Source: Pseudomonadota bacterium
GTDB lineage: Bacteria; Bdellovibrionota_F; JAHFAK01; JBDREC01
Direction: 5' to 3'
DNA length: 39,584 nt
NCBI GenBank assembly: GCA_043820105.1
Contig: JBDREC010000096.1
Location: 1-39,584, forward strand
Shown: positions 1 to 9,119 of the stretch, one piece after another
Layout: every line of letters starts with the position of its first letter
Position numbering within the stretch: the stretch's first letter is position 1
Notes under the pieces: generated by a model
What the model saw: only the letters and a program-made list of their open reading frames with translations
What the model was told of the DNA's origin: nothing
Database searches by the model: none
Made by a program: the position numbers and the translations under genes

Positions 1-47
1 AAAGTTATTGACTTTGAATGCAAATCTGCTCCAATATAACTATTCAT
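1..47 (-). mobile_element. 5' end of an IS110-family (DEDD) transposase/recombinase, running off the window edge
   Basis: Manual minus-strand translation from ATG at 47 gives MNSYIGADLHSKSIT, matching the IS110 N-terminal 'Y(I/V)GxDLHK' motif with the first catalytic Asp. AAGGAG RBS at 55-60. Not in the ORF track because it is too short. Confidence 0.75.
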
Positions 48-48
48 T

Positions 49-116
49 GCGTCTCTCCTTCTTGTATCTTAATAATAATATTGTTATACAACAATTTATA
101 CAGAAGCGAGAGATGC
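49..116 (-). promoter_or_regulatory. Imperfect inverted repeat covering the RBS of the IS110 gene (probable IS left-end structure)
   Basis: GCGTCTCTCCTTCTTGTAT (49-67) pairs with ATACAGAAGCGAGAGATGC (98-116). The palindrome CATTATAATG (121-130), containing TATAAT, lies just outside. Confidence 0.55.
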
Positions 117-144
117 TTTTCATTATAATGGCACTAATTTCCTA

Positions 145-405
145 ATTTGTAAATCAAGAGCTATCTCATTTAAAGGCTTGAAAACAAGAAGATTCAAAGC
201 AGTGCCTTTTGGTAGAAAAAGTATCTTTATCGAAACAGATATTCCAAGAATTGAATGCAAAAAGTGTAAAATAATAAGACAAGCCAATGTTAATTTTGCT
301 GATCCTTTTAAACGATATACAAAGCAATTTGAACGATATGTTTTGGATCTTTTGAAATTCATGACAATGAAGGATGTTTCAGTAAAAAGGTTATTAATTT
401 TTTAA
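145..405 (+). pseudogene. ISL3-family transposase fragment (zinc-finger and HTH start)
   Basis: The frame reads ICKSRAISFKGLKTRRFKAVPFGRKSIFIETDIPRIECKKCKIIRQANVNFADPFKRYTKQFERYVLDLLKFMTMKDVS, the typical ISL3 zf/HTH segment. Truncated on both sides; no DDE domain. Confidence 0.8.
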
Positions 406-596
406 GTTCAGGTCTGACGAGCAGAAGACATTAACTTAAATAAAATTAAAAACTTTTTGCGACTGAATAGGGAGGCTCTAGCATTTGCTTTTTGAAAAAT
501 AGTTTTCGGAGGGCTTTTTTATATACTTGGTTTAATGTTTAGGTATTCAAATTGGAGATGATCCAAAAATAATAATATGACCATGTTAGTATCTGT

Positions 597-2792
597 TTAT
601 TTTCTGTTTCTAAAAATCATTGCCCAATCAAAATATAGCTCATTTTCATCAAATCCTCTCATTCCAAAGGACTCTATAGTGCTTCTAATATTGGTTTGAA
701 TAGATGAAAGAGCTTCACTGCTTCCTTGTTTTTTTTCTTCCTCATGATACTTATGTATTCTATTTTTCACATAGTCATTTATTCTTTCAACCTTTACAAT
801 TTCTTTTTTAATCATAATACAATCAGCCAGTTCAATATCAGGGCTAAAACCAGCTGAACGATAAAACTTTGCACATGAAAAATCAGCATCAGTTGTAATT
901 GATGGATTAAAACTAAATCCTGATAAATCAGGCATGCTTTCATCTTCTGTTGAAGCATCTATGGTAAAGCTTTTTTCTTCTATTGAGCCAAAGTTATCAT
1001 CATCTAGACAACTTATATATTCTCTTACCTCTCGATCTCTAGGATAGCATTCCATTGTGGTATATAGCTCTTTCATGTTTCTATTTTGATATGAAAAATA
1101 TTCAATTAATTTACGTTCAACATTAACAATACCATAAAAACTATCACCATTGGAGTTCTTGTAGCCATATTTGTAAACATGTACAAGCTCTTCAAATTTT
1201 TCAATTCTTGAAACTAAATCTTTGATAACAGCTTCTTTTGTATTTTCTTTTAATTTGACACCTGAAAACCCAGCGGTTTTTAACTCTGTTTCAGTTGCTT
1301 TTGCTTCTCCTTCATCAAAATGTTCTGTTCCTGCGATAAGTAAATCAATATTATCCACATCATCTTCTTCGTTGTATTCTTCTTTTCGAGTTCTTTGTAA
1401 TTTTTTGATTGTTTCTTTAGCTATACTTTTTTTCATAGAAATTTCTTCTAATCTTTCATGGTAAAGTTGATATCTTTCAAATAAAAGTGTTGCAACTTTA
1501 TTTCTTCTTTGGCTTGCATTATACAAATAGTTTTCTAGATCTTCATAAGGCGTAATTGTAGACTCATCAAAGTGTCTTTCAAGGGTTTCGATTGTGACAT
1601 AACGACCTTCTTGTAAAGCTACAGTTATCCAGTCTTTTTGATTTTGTGGTATAAAACAGGCAACAAGACCTCCTGAAAGTCCTGCTATAAATCCTGAGAT
1701 CCATCCAATTGCAGCTCCTGGAAGAGATCCTGGTCCTGCGCCAATTAAAGCCCCACCATATGCACCGATTGCTGATCCTGCCCATGCAGCAGTTGACATG
1801 CAAATTACAATTGCCACAAAATCACCACGCAAAATTCTCAAACGCCAGGTGTTGTAAATCCAAGCTTTTCTATGTGAATCGCTTTTCAAAACTATCATTA
1901 GCATATTTTCAAGGATTGTTTTGAAAAGCTGAGCTTTTTTTGTATCGCCATTAAAATTTCCTCTTGTTAAGCTTTTTGCATAGGCTAAAAAATTGGGCCA
2001 TAGTTTTCTTGCCATTGTGCGTTCTTCATTTGATTCTATTAAATATAAGCTTTCTTCCCACAACTGTGCACCAAGTTCCCAGCCCATAAAAGTTACAAGA
2101 GACAGCATGTTTGAGCTCAAGAGTGATTTAAAATTTAATCTTTGCATCAAAATTTGATGTGGAGTTAGTCCTCTTACCTTAGGCATAAGAGCTTGTGCTG
2201 CAAGCTCTTCTTGTGTAAAAAGAATTTCACCGCCAGTATTAGCTAAGACTCTAATCATTTCAGCTGGAGCTCCAAAAATAGTTCCACCTAGCATTGCAGT
2301 ATAGATATCGCCACTATTTAGGAGTTCTCCTGCTGTTTGATTGAGTTCGCTTTTAACATCACTCCAATTCATTGGTTCATTTCCCAAAACTGCGTTTTCA
2401 TGATTGGCTTTTACTATTTCAATTCCCGATAGAATTAATATTAATGTTAAAGTTGTAAAAGTATGCCCCATTGCAGAGCCTGCTTTTTTTAATGCTGAAA
2501 ATGAAATGTTTTTAGTAGTTTGTGCAGCAGAAGTTTCAGCTAGGCTTGTTTTTAAATCAGCTCTTTTTACATCTCTTTCTCTTGGAGACATAAATGGAAG
2601 TTTAGTTATGCTAGGTCTATATTTTGTCCACATTTTAGAGAGAGCATCTCTTGTTGTACCAAAATATGGAGGATTGTATCTGCCTTTAGAATCTAAGCCT
2701 GCATTTGAATATGCAAAATTTGGTAAAAGAAATAGTATTATTATGCCTGTTAATATAATTTTTTTAAATTTTAAAATTCTTGATTTAATCAT
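597..2792 (-). CDS. Exported/membrane hypothetical protein with a glycine-zipper segment
   Basis: 731 aa ORF with a Sec-type signal (IILTGIIILFLLPNFAYS), a glycine zipper (AWAGSAIGAYGGALIGAGPGSLPGAAIGWISGFIAGLSGG) and a charged helical C-terminal half. Confidence 0.75.
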   Translation of the reverse strand: MIKSRILKFKKIILTGIIILFLLPNFAYSNAGLDSKGRYNPPYFGTTRDALSKMWTKYRPSITKLPFMSPRERDVKRADLKTSLAETSAAQTTKNISFSALKKAGSAMGHTFTTLTLILILSGIEIVKANHENAVLGNEPMNWSDVKSELNQTAGELLNSGDIYTAMLGGTIFGAPAEMIRVLANTGGEILFTQEELAAQALMPKVRGLTPHQILMQRLNFKSLLSSNMLSLVTFMGWELGAQLWEESLYLIESNEERTMARKLWPNFLAYAKSLTRGNFNGDTKKAQLFKTILENMLMIVLKSDSHRKAWIYNTWRLRILRGDFVAIVICMSTAAWAGSAIGAYGGALIGAGPGSLPGAAIGWISGFIAGLSGGLVACFIPQNQKDWITVALQEGRYVTIETLERHFDESTITPYEDLENYLYNASQRRNKVATLLFERYQLYHERLEEISMKKSIAKETIKKLQRTRKEEYNEEDDVDNIDLLIAGTEHFDEGEAKATETELKTAGFSGVKLKENTKEAVIKDLVSRIEKFEELVHVYKYGYKNSNGDSFYGIVNVERKLIEYFSYQNRNMKELYTTMECYPRDREVREYISCLDDDNFGSIEEKSFTIDASTEDESMPDLSGFSFNPSITTDADFSCAKFYRSAGFSPDIELADCIMIKKEIVKVERINDYVKNRIHKYHEEEKKQGSSEALSSIQTNIRSTIESFGMRGFDENELYFDWAMIFRNRK

Positions 2793-2838
2793 TTTAAACT
2801 ATCCCAAAACCATTTTTATTAATATAACAATATCCATC

Positions 2839-5079
2839 TTATCTTGACCTCTTTGCTTTAGCTTTTGAAGCTTTTACTCTTGCTATTCTAAGTTTCAATG
2901 CTTTTGGCACACATATTTCACCAGCAATTATAGTTGAGTGAATACTTGAATAACCTGATCTTAAAAGAGTGTCTGTATGTGTCTTCATATCCATTCTTTC
3001 AAGTCTTGCCGATAATCTAGAGCTCAATGATTTTCTGATTTCGTATATATAGCTTGGTGGTGATTTTATTTCAGGAAATTCGCTTCTTAAATAAGAAATG
3101 GCTGCTGCTTCACCGCCTCGCAAATAGCATTCTGCAATTTCTGTAATTTGAGCTTCTGTTAGTTGCCTTGATGTGGAATCTTTTCCAATTATATCTCGTA
3201 TTTCTTCTCTGATTTTATCCTGCATTTCTCTTGAAAATTCTTCTCTGTTTTCTGTTAATATAGAATGATCGAGCATAGGTCTTGCTCGATCAACTGCTCT
3301 TTCATCCATTTGATCGTAAACATCAGTTTCGGACTTTTCCCTAGATCTTTGTTGCATGGCTTCTGCCTTGGCTCTGCTTATTTCCAGTGATTTTTCGAGG
3401 CTTTTAATAACTTCTCTGTCGCCATGTTCTTTTTTTTTCTCTTTTTCTAAAGCACTTTCAAGGTCATTTATTATTTCATCAATATAATAGCTTTCTAAAA
3501 ACACATCTGATGCCAGTGCTTCTGCAGCTGCCTGCCTGACTCCCCAGTCAGTATTGTTTCTAAGTTGCCTTTCAATCAGGTTATATATTTCAATATCAAA
3601 ATCTACTATAGTATCTTTAATCCCATATATTGCTGCAAATATTGTTTCACTGCTTGTTGAACGAGATCCATCTAAGAATTCTTTAAAAAGTTGAAATTTT
3701 TCAGATCTAGGTATGTCAGTGATGGTTCTAATTAAGCCTAATGCTGTAGCCCTTATTTCAGAACTTTTATCACTAAGTAAATTTCTTAATGTTTGATTAG
3801 TGCTTGTGCATGGATACTCTGAAGCTAAAAGTCTTAGTGCGTGGTCTCGGATTCTTTCTTGATGTTCACTGCCTGTCAGTCTTGACAAATAGTCTTGAGC
3901 TTTTAGAGATCGATTGTTTTTATGGCCTAGTGAGTTTAATGCAGCTTGTGCTTCAATTATTGTACTAGTATCCGTTCTTGTTTGCCATTTTTTTAAATAT
4001 TCGTAGAGATATTCAACTGCTCTTTCTCCAGCTAAGCCATCTTTACTAAGTGCTTTTGCTGCGTCAATTCTAATTAGGTAGTCTGAGCTTGCAAGACCTT
4101 CAGTGGCAATTGCAAAAGTTCCAAAACCAGTTTCGCCAGGATTTGATACGATATGGGCAATTGCGTCTTTTATATTTCTTCCAGCTCTTAGGTCTTGAAA
4201 AGCTTTTAGTTGTACGTCTGTTGTGCCAAAGTGTTTTGCAACAGCTTTTTCATAAAAAATATCAATTTTACCTGAATGCTTTGAAGTGACTATCTGACGC
4301 ATCTTTGCAAGCTCGCTGCGTAAGTAATCTAAAAATTTAGCATCCTTTTTTGTTGCAAAATCAACAATTTCAAGAGCTCTTCCTTCAAGATCATGGTAAG
4401 AAGCTACTTCAAAAAGTTTTGCAAAATCACTTCTGTCGTATTCTATTCTTTCAAAATCCATTTTTTCAAAAGCAATATCAACAGTCTCTTTTTTAAGAAC
4501 TTGGCCCCAACTGTTTTCTGTGAATAGTTCTAGTAACTTATTTGAGTCTCTAAATTCTGGGTTTTCTATCCATTCGTGTACAAATTCTTTTATTTCTCTA
4601 TTATGTAATAATATTGGATTATCTATTAAGGCTTTCTCTAATATTTTATGTGCAATTTCTGTGGATACTTCTCTTGCAGATCTTAGAAGGTCTTTGATTT
4701 CTCCTTCTGAGAGATCAAGTCGATAAAAATCTCTTTCGATTCTTTTTAGTGTTTCAAGTGCTTTTTCATTTAGTTCAGGATTTGCAAAAGCATCAGGTGC
4801 ACTTTCTGTTATTTTATTAAGAATATTTCCTGCTCTTTCTAAAGATTGTGATTTTGCAATATCCAAAAGTCTACTTAATTGAGAGTCAGTCAATTCCATT
4901 ACAAAATTGCGACTTTCAATTTCACTTAAAAGAACATCCACTTCTAGCATATTTCTAGTTTGTTCATGTTCATGAACTAAGAATTCAAATAATTCTTCAG
5001 TTGTAGGATCTGCAAAAAGATTGATAGAAATTATTAGTAAAATTGATAAAATTAAATATAAAACATTTGATTTTTTCAT
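2839..5079 (-). CDS. Secreted alpha-helical HEAT-repeat protein
   Basis: 746 aa ORF with a GGAGG RBS and signal peptide (LYLILSILLIISINLFA). HEAT-like units include LASSDYLIRIDAAKALS, LLSDKSSEIRATALGLI and NNTDWGVRQAAAEALA. Confidence 0.75.
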   Translation of the reverse strand: MKKSNVLYLILSILLIISINLFADPTTEELFEFLVHEHEQTRNMLEVDVLLSEIESRNFVMELTDSQLSRLLDIAKSQSLERAGNILNKITESAPDAFANPELNEKALETLKRIERDFYRLDLSEGEIKDLLRSAREVSTEIAHKILEKALIDNPILLHNREIKEFVHEWIENPEFRDSNKLLELFTENSWGQVLKKETVDIAFEKMDFERIEYDRSDFAKLFEVASYHDLEGRALEIVDFATKKDAKFLDYLRSELAKMRQIVTSKHSGKIDIFYEKAVAKHFGTTDVQLKAFQDLRAGRNIKDAIAHIVSNPGETGFGTFAIATEGLASSDYLIRIDAAKALSKDGLAGERAVEYLYEYLKKWQTRTDTSTIIEAQAALNSLGHKNNRSLKAQDYLSRLTGSEHQERIRDHALRLLASEYPCTSTNQTLRNLLSDKSSEIRATALGLIRTITDIPRSEKFQLFKEFLDGSRSTSSETIFAAIYGIKDTIVDFDIEIYNLIERQLRNNTDWGVRQAAAEALASDVFLESYYIDEIINDLESALEKEKKKEHGDREVIKSLEKSLEISRAKAEAMQQRSREKSETDVYDQMDERAVDRARPMLDHSILTENREEFSREMQDKIREEIRDIIGKDSTSRQLTEAQITEIAECYLRGGEAAAISYLRSEFPEIKSPPSYIYEIRKSLSSRLSARLERMDMKTHTDTLLRSGYSSIHSTIIAGEICVPKALKLRIARVKASKAKAKRSR

Positions 5080-5127
5080 GTTCCCTCCATTAAATTTAAC
5101 ATTCTGAACAACATTAATTCTAGATTA

Positions 5128-5143
5128 TGCATTTATTACGCCA
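5128..5143 (-). promoter_or_regulatory. Sigma54 -24/-12 promoter for the 5079-597 gene pair
   Basis: Minus strand TGGCGTAATAAATGCA (GG-N10-GC), about 49 nt upstream of ATG 5079. Confidence 0.55.
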
Positions 5144-5482
5144 AAGCGGAGCGATCCCAAAATATGTTTCGATAACAGCAGGTTGCGATCAATCGAGCTT
5201 GTTATTATTAAGTTAAAACGAGTACATTATTTGCTGCTTTCGTCAATTTTTGGGTCTGAACCGAACATATAGTATACAAAATAGACAGGGGGAAAGTGGA
5301 CATTTTTTGATGCAGGATTCATGACTTCTCATGACTATAATTCTAATAAAAAGGTGCAAACCATGCCCTGGAAAGATAAGATATTGTACGGAGGTATATT
5401 ATTATTGTTAGTGAAATTATAATTCTAAAATTGGATTAAAGATAACACCGCATTAATAAATTTGAGACATTTTCAAGTCATA

Positions 5483-5938
5483 TTACAAATTTACAAGCGG
5501 AATTTCATGTGAATACATTGGACCAAATTCTTCAATCAGTTCAACATAAACTGCCATAAAATCCATGGCTCTTTTAAGTTCAAAATCGTATTTTAAACGC
5601 GGATCATTACTTTCTTCAAACAGGTATCCTTTTTGAAAATCAAGCTCTTCAATTAAGCTAGCTGCTTGTTTTAAAGAAGTTGGAAGATTTATATTATAAT
5701 TCTTTAGGCCCATTTCAAATTGCTTACTTGTATTTTCAAGCATATCCTCAATTTGTCTTTCATATACAATATTTCTATTTTTGTAATCGTTATAGTAATA
5801 ATCTGACATATAAAATGGATATTCTTTTTGTTTCTCTTCTAACTGAGTTTTAAAACTAGGATCAATAAACTCAAAATCAGGAGAAATTCCAAATGGAAAA
5901 CATGAAAAAAATAGTGCGTCCGTCTTACACTTTTCTCT
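5483..5938 (-). pseudogene. Hypothetical protein, probably a 5'-truncated gene remnant
   Basis: The ORF-track start is ATG 5809, but the frame stays open to 5938 (...DALFFSCFPFGISPDFEFIDPSFKTQLEEKQKEYPFYM) with no upstream ATG/GTG/TTG or RBS. No family recognised. Confidence 0.45.
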
Positions 5939-5967
5939 TTAATGGAAATAATTACTTATAAAATTAG

Positions 5968-5996
5968 TTGAAATGTTTGATTAATATTTGTATGAT
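5968..5996 (+). promoter_or_regulatory. Sigma70-type promoter of the PilZ-SPT operon
   Basis: TTGAAA (5968-5973), 17 nt spacer, TATGAT (5991-5996), 31 nt upstream of ATG 6028. Confidence 0.55.
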
Positions 5997-6027
5997 TGCA
6001 CAACTTAAATAATGAGAGTGTGATTAT

Positions 6028-7611
6028 ATGAAAGAATCAAGGCAGCACGAGAGAAAAAAGTTCTTTCCAAATATTAAAGTAAAATCAACTTTGAATCAAA
6101 AATCATATCAAGTAAATAATATTAGCCTTGGTGGTCTCTCATTAACTGGAGATGATAATTTTTCATTAAAAAACATCTATGAATTAGATCTTTTCCTGCC
6201 ATTTACAAAAGAAACAATTAATTTTAAAGGTGAAGTAGTATACAATAGTCAAATTGAAACTGAATTAAATGAAACTGAAAACCAACAACACCTAATAGGA
6301 ATAAAGTTTACTGAAATTGCACACTACAATGAATTACATGATTTTTTCGAAAAATATAATTTAGATCCATATTGTAATTTCCTGGATTATGTTGAAAATG
6401 AAAATGCTTTATCAGATAAAACTGTTTCCAATTTATCAGATGCTCGAAGAGTATTAAAAATAATTAAAAATGATTTAAAAAATGATGTCTATCCATTTCA
6501 TCAGCCAATTGATCAAATTAGTGGTACAAAAGTAATAATTAGAGGTGAGGAAAGGTTAAACTTAGCTTCATATAACTATTTAAGCCTAGGTCAAGATCCT
6601 AGATTCCTTGATGTCATCACAAGTGCAGTCAAAGAATATGGAACAACTGCTAGTGGATCACGATTATTGAGTGGCACTTTTAATCTTCATTTGAAATTAG
6701 AAAAATTAATAGCTGACTATAAACAAACAGAAGCAGCTACAATTTTCTCAAGTGGCTACGTTGCAAATATTTCAACAATATCATCAATAATGGGAAAAAA
6801 GGATTTAATAATTGTGGATAAATTCGACCACATGAGCATACTTGATGGCTGTAAATTGTCTGGATCAACTGTTGTTAAATTTGACCATAATAATCTTGAT
6901 GAACTTGAAGAAATTTTAAAAACATCCCAAGACTATGAAAAGAAGTTAATAATTGTAGATGCTATTTATAGCATGGGTGGTGACATTGCTCCAATTAAAG
7001 AAATTTTAGACTTAAAGAAAAAATATGATGCTTTACTAATGATAGATGAAGCACACGCCTTTGGTATTTTAGGAAAAACAGGAAGAGGACTAAGTGAACA
7101 TTTCAATCTAGATGTTAAAGATATTGATATTTATATGGGAACATTAAGCAAAGCTGTCCCATCTGTTGGCGGATATATTGCAGGCAGCAAGGATCTTGTT
7201 TATTATTTACAACATTCTTCAAATGCTTACATATTCTCAGGCTCATTATCCCCACAAGATGTTGCAGTTTCAACTAAAGCCCTCGAAATTATGAGAAGTG
7301 AACCAGAAAGAATTGAAAAGCTCTGGGAAAATATAAACTTCTTTAAAAAAGGAATACAAGAAATCGGCTTTGATACACAAGAATCAAACAGTGCTATAAT
7401 TCCCGCTGTTATTGGTTTTTCTGAAGAAACATTAAAATTTGCAAAAAGACTCAATGAAAATGGATTATTTGTTTGTTCTGTGACCTATCCAGCTGTGCCT
7501 ATAGATAAATGCATAATAAGGAATTGCGTTCAAACAAATCATTCCAAAGAGGACTTAGAAAAAGCTATTGATATATTTTCAAAAATTGGCAAGGAAATGA
7601 AATTAATTTAA
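6028..7611 (+). CDS. spt: PilZ domain fused to a serine palmitoyltransferase-like PLP alpha-oxoamine synthase
   Basis: N-terminal PilZ motifs RQHER (RxxxR) and NISLGG (D/NxSxxG). AOS motifs NLASYNYLSLG, SGSRLLSGT, HMSILDG, DEAH and GTLSKA (PLP Lys). SYNYL resembles SPT more than BioF (SNDYL) or Kbl (ANNYL). Adjacent to a bCerS-like gene. Confidence 0.8.
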   Translation: MKESRQHERKKFFPNIKVKSTLNQKSYQVNNISLGGLSLTGDDNFSLKNIYELDLFLPFTKETINFKGEVVYNSQIETELNETENQQHLIGIKFTEIAHYNELHDFFEKYNLDPYCNFLDYVENENALSDKTVSNLSDARRVLKIIKNDLKNDVYPFHQPIDQISGTKVIIRGEERLNLASYNYLSLGQDPRFLDVITSAVKEYGTTASGSRLLSGTFNLHLKLEKLIADYKQTEAATIFSSGYVANISTISSIMGKKDLIIVDKFDHMSILDGCKLSGSTVVKFDHNNLDELEEILKTSQDYEKKLIIVDAIYSMGGDIAPIKEILDLKKKYDALLMIDEAHAFGILGKTGRGLSEHFNLDVKDIDIYMGTLSKAVPSVGGYIAGSKDLVYYLQHSSNAYIFSGSLSPQDVAVSTKALEIMRSEPERIEKLWENINFFKKGIQEIGFDTQESNSAIIPAVIGFSEETLKFAKRLNENGLFVCSVTYPAVPIDKCIIRNCVQTNHSKEDLEKAIDIFSKIGKEMKLI

Positions 7612-7628
7612 CTTGAAAACTACAACTT

Positions 7629-9095
7629 ATGTCTAAAAATAATAGAAAACACACAAGATCAATATGTAATCTAGAAATAAATATTAAGGATAATTATTCA
7701 GAAAATAAAATATCTGGAGTATCATTTGATATAAGCGATAATGGATTATTTTTAGAATTAAATTCAAACTTACAATCTCATGAACAATTTAAAGGTAATA
7801 TAATACTACCAAACAATGTTAAGTTAGATTTTTCAGGACAACCGGTTTACTTTAATAACAATGAAGTGAATGAAAAAAACATAAAAAATATTGGTTATGG
7901 CATTTCAATTGAAAATTTAAATCTCAAATCACACAAAGTATTTAAGGAGTTTCTTAGCAGCATAAATCAACAAAATTCAATTGAAACTGTCAATATCCTT
8001 GAAGCGAACACTTCATCTCTATTAAAAAAATTCATTAATTTTCCTTTCCAGCTTTACAACCCTCAAAGTAATTGGATTGCACCTCTAAAAAAAGACCTAA
8101 TTAAACTACTTTCAAAAGATAGTTCTTTTTCAAAACATAGTGAATTAAAATTATTTTTGGCAGTTCATAATAACAAGTTGGTAGGAAGAATAGCAGCTAT
8201 AATCGATCATAATTATAATACTTTCAATAATTCAAATATTGGCTTTTGGGGATTTTATGAATGTATTGGGAACATCAATGTTTCTAATAAGCTTTTTCAA
8301 AATGTAGTTTCTTTTTCGAAAACACGCGGTTTATCAAAAATAGTAGGCCCACTAAATCCTTCATTTAACCATGATTTAGGTTTCCTCAGCAGTGGATATC
8401 CAAATCTTCCAAATATGCAAATGCCTTATAACTTTATATATTATAATAATTTTGCTATCAATTTTGGGTTCAAAAAACTAAAGGATATTTACAGTTATAA
8501 TATTGATATTACAGATAAACTTAGCTCTAAAATCGACAAATTAGATATAGTGAAAGATGATGATATTAAAATCAGATCAATCAACAAAAAAAACTTTTGG
8601 AGTGACGCAAAAATATTAAGGTATTTATTTAACGAAAGCTATTCCGCTGCAAATCATTGGGGTTTTGCGCCTGTTACAGAAGATGAATGGCTTGACCTTG
8701 CAAAGCATTTAAAAGAAATCATGGATTATGATTTAGTTTTAATAGCTGAATACAAATCAAAACCTATTGGTTATTTGATTTGTGTTCCTAACATAAGTGA
8801 AATTTTACACTCTATTAGAGGTTCAATTAGCTTAATTGATATTATTAAATTCCCATTTCAGATGAAAAAAGTTAATAATATAAGAGCATTAAGCATCGGT
8901 GTTTTAAAACCTTATTGGAAAAAGTTTGTTGGTTTAAAACTTCTAAAAGAAGGGGTAACAAGGATAAAGGAAAAAGGTTACTCCACAATGGAATATGGTT
9001 GGGTTTTAGATGATAATTATCCATCTATTTACTTAGCAAAACAATTGAAAGGAAAACTTTCAAATTCTTATAGTGTATATGAACTTGATATTTAA
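7629..9095 (+). CDS. PilZ domain fused to a GNAT-fold bacterial ceramide synthase (bCerS/YghO-like)
   Basis: PilZ motifs RKHTR and DISDNG. Then FINFPFQLY..W, FLA..VGRIAAIID, GFWGFYEC, IVGPLN, PYN..YY, HWGFAP and EYGWVLDDN, the characteristic motif series of the YghO/bCerS double-GNAT family. Confidence 0.8.
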   Translation: MSKNNRKHTRSICNLEINIKDNYSENKISGVSFDISDNGLFLELNSNLQSHEQFKGNIILPNNVKLDFSGQPVYFNNNEVNEKNIKNIGYGISIENLNLKSHKVFKEFLSSINQQNSIETVNILEANTSSLLKKFINFPFQLYNPQSNWIAPLKKDLIKLLSKDSSFSKHSELKLFLAVHNNKLVGRIAAIIDHNYNTFNNSNIGFWGFYECIGNINVSNKLFQNVVSFSKTRGLSKIVGPLNPSFNHDLGFLSSGYPNLPNMQMPYNFIYYNNFAINFGFKKLKDIYSYNIDITDKLSSKIDKLDIVKDDDIKIRSINKKNFWSDAKILRYLFNESYSAANHWGFAPVTEDEWLDLAKHLKEIMDYDLVLIAEYKSKPIGYLICVPNISEILHSIRGSISLIDIIKFPFQMKKVNNIRALSIGVLKPYWKKFVGLKLLKEGVTRIKEKGYSTMEYGWVLDDNYPSIYLAKQLKGKLSNSYSVYELDI

Positions 9096-9119
9096 TTTTT
9101 TGAGAATAGAATAATTTTT

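Noticed and set aside
410-440. CTGACGA hammerhead-like core
   Set aside because: No stem II plus GAAA and no flanking stems.
5280-5375. GCAAACCA / GAAA resembling a c-di-GMP-I riboswitch
   Set aside because: The required P2 GNRA hairpin, the GACGCAAA segment and P1 pairing are not present in order.
5912-5935. TAGTGCGTCCGTCTTACAC as a possible IS terminal remnant at the break of the 5483 ORF
   Set aside because: No partner inverted repeat or transposase seen; too short to support.
6028-7611. Annotation as bioF or kbl
   Set aside because: The SYNYL motif, PilZ fusion and adjacent bCerS-like gene favour SPT-like, and no bio or tdh genes are nearby. Not formally excluded without phylogeny.
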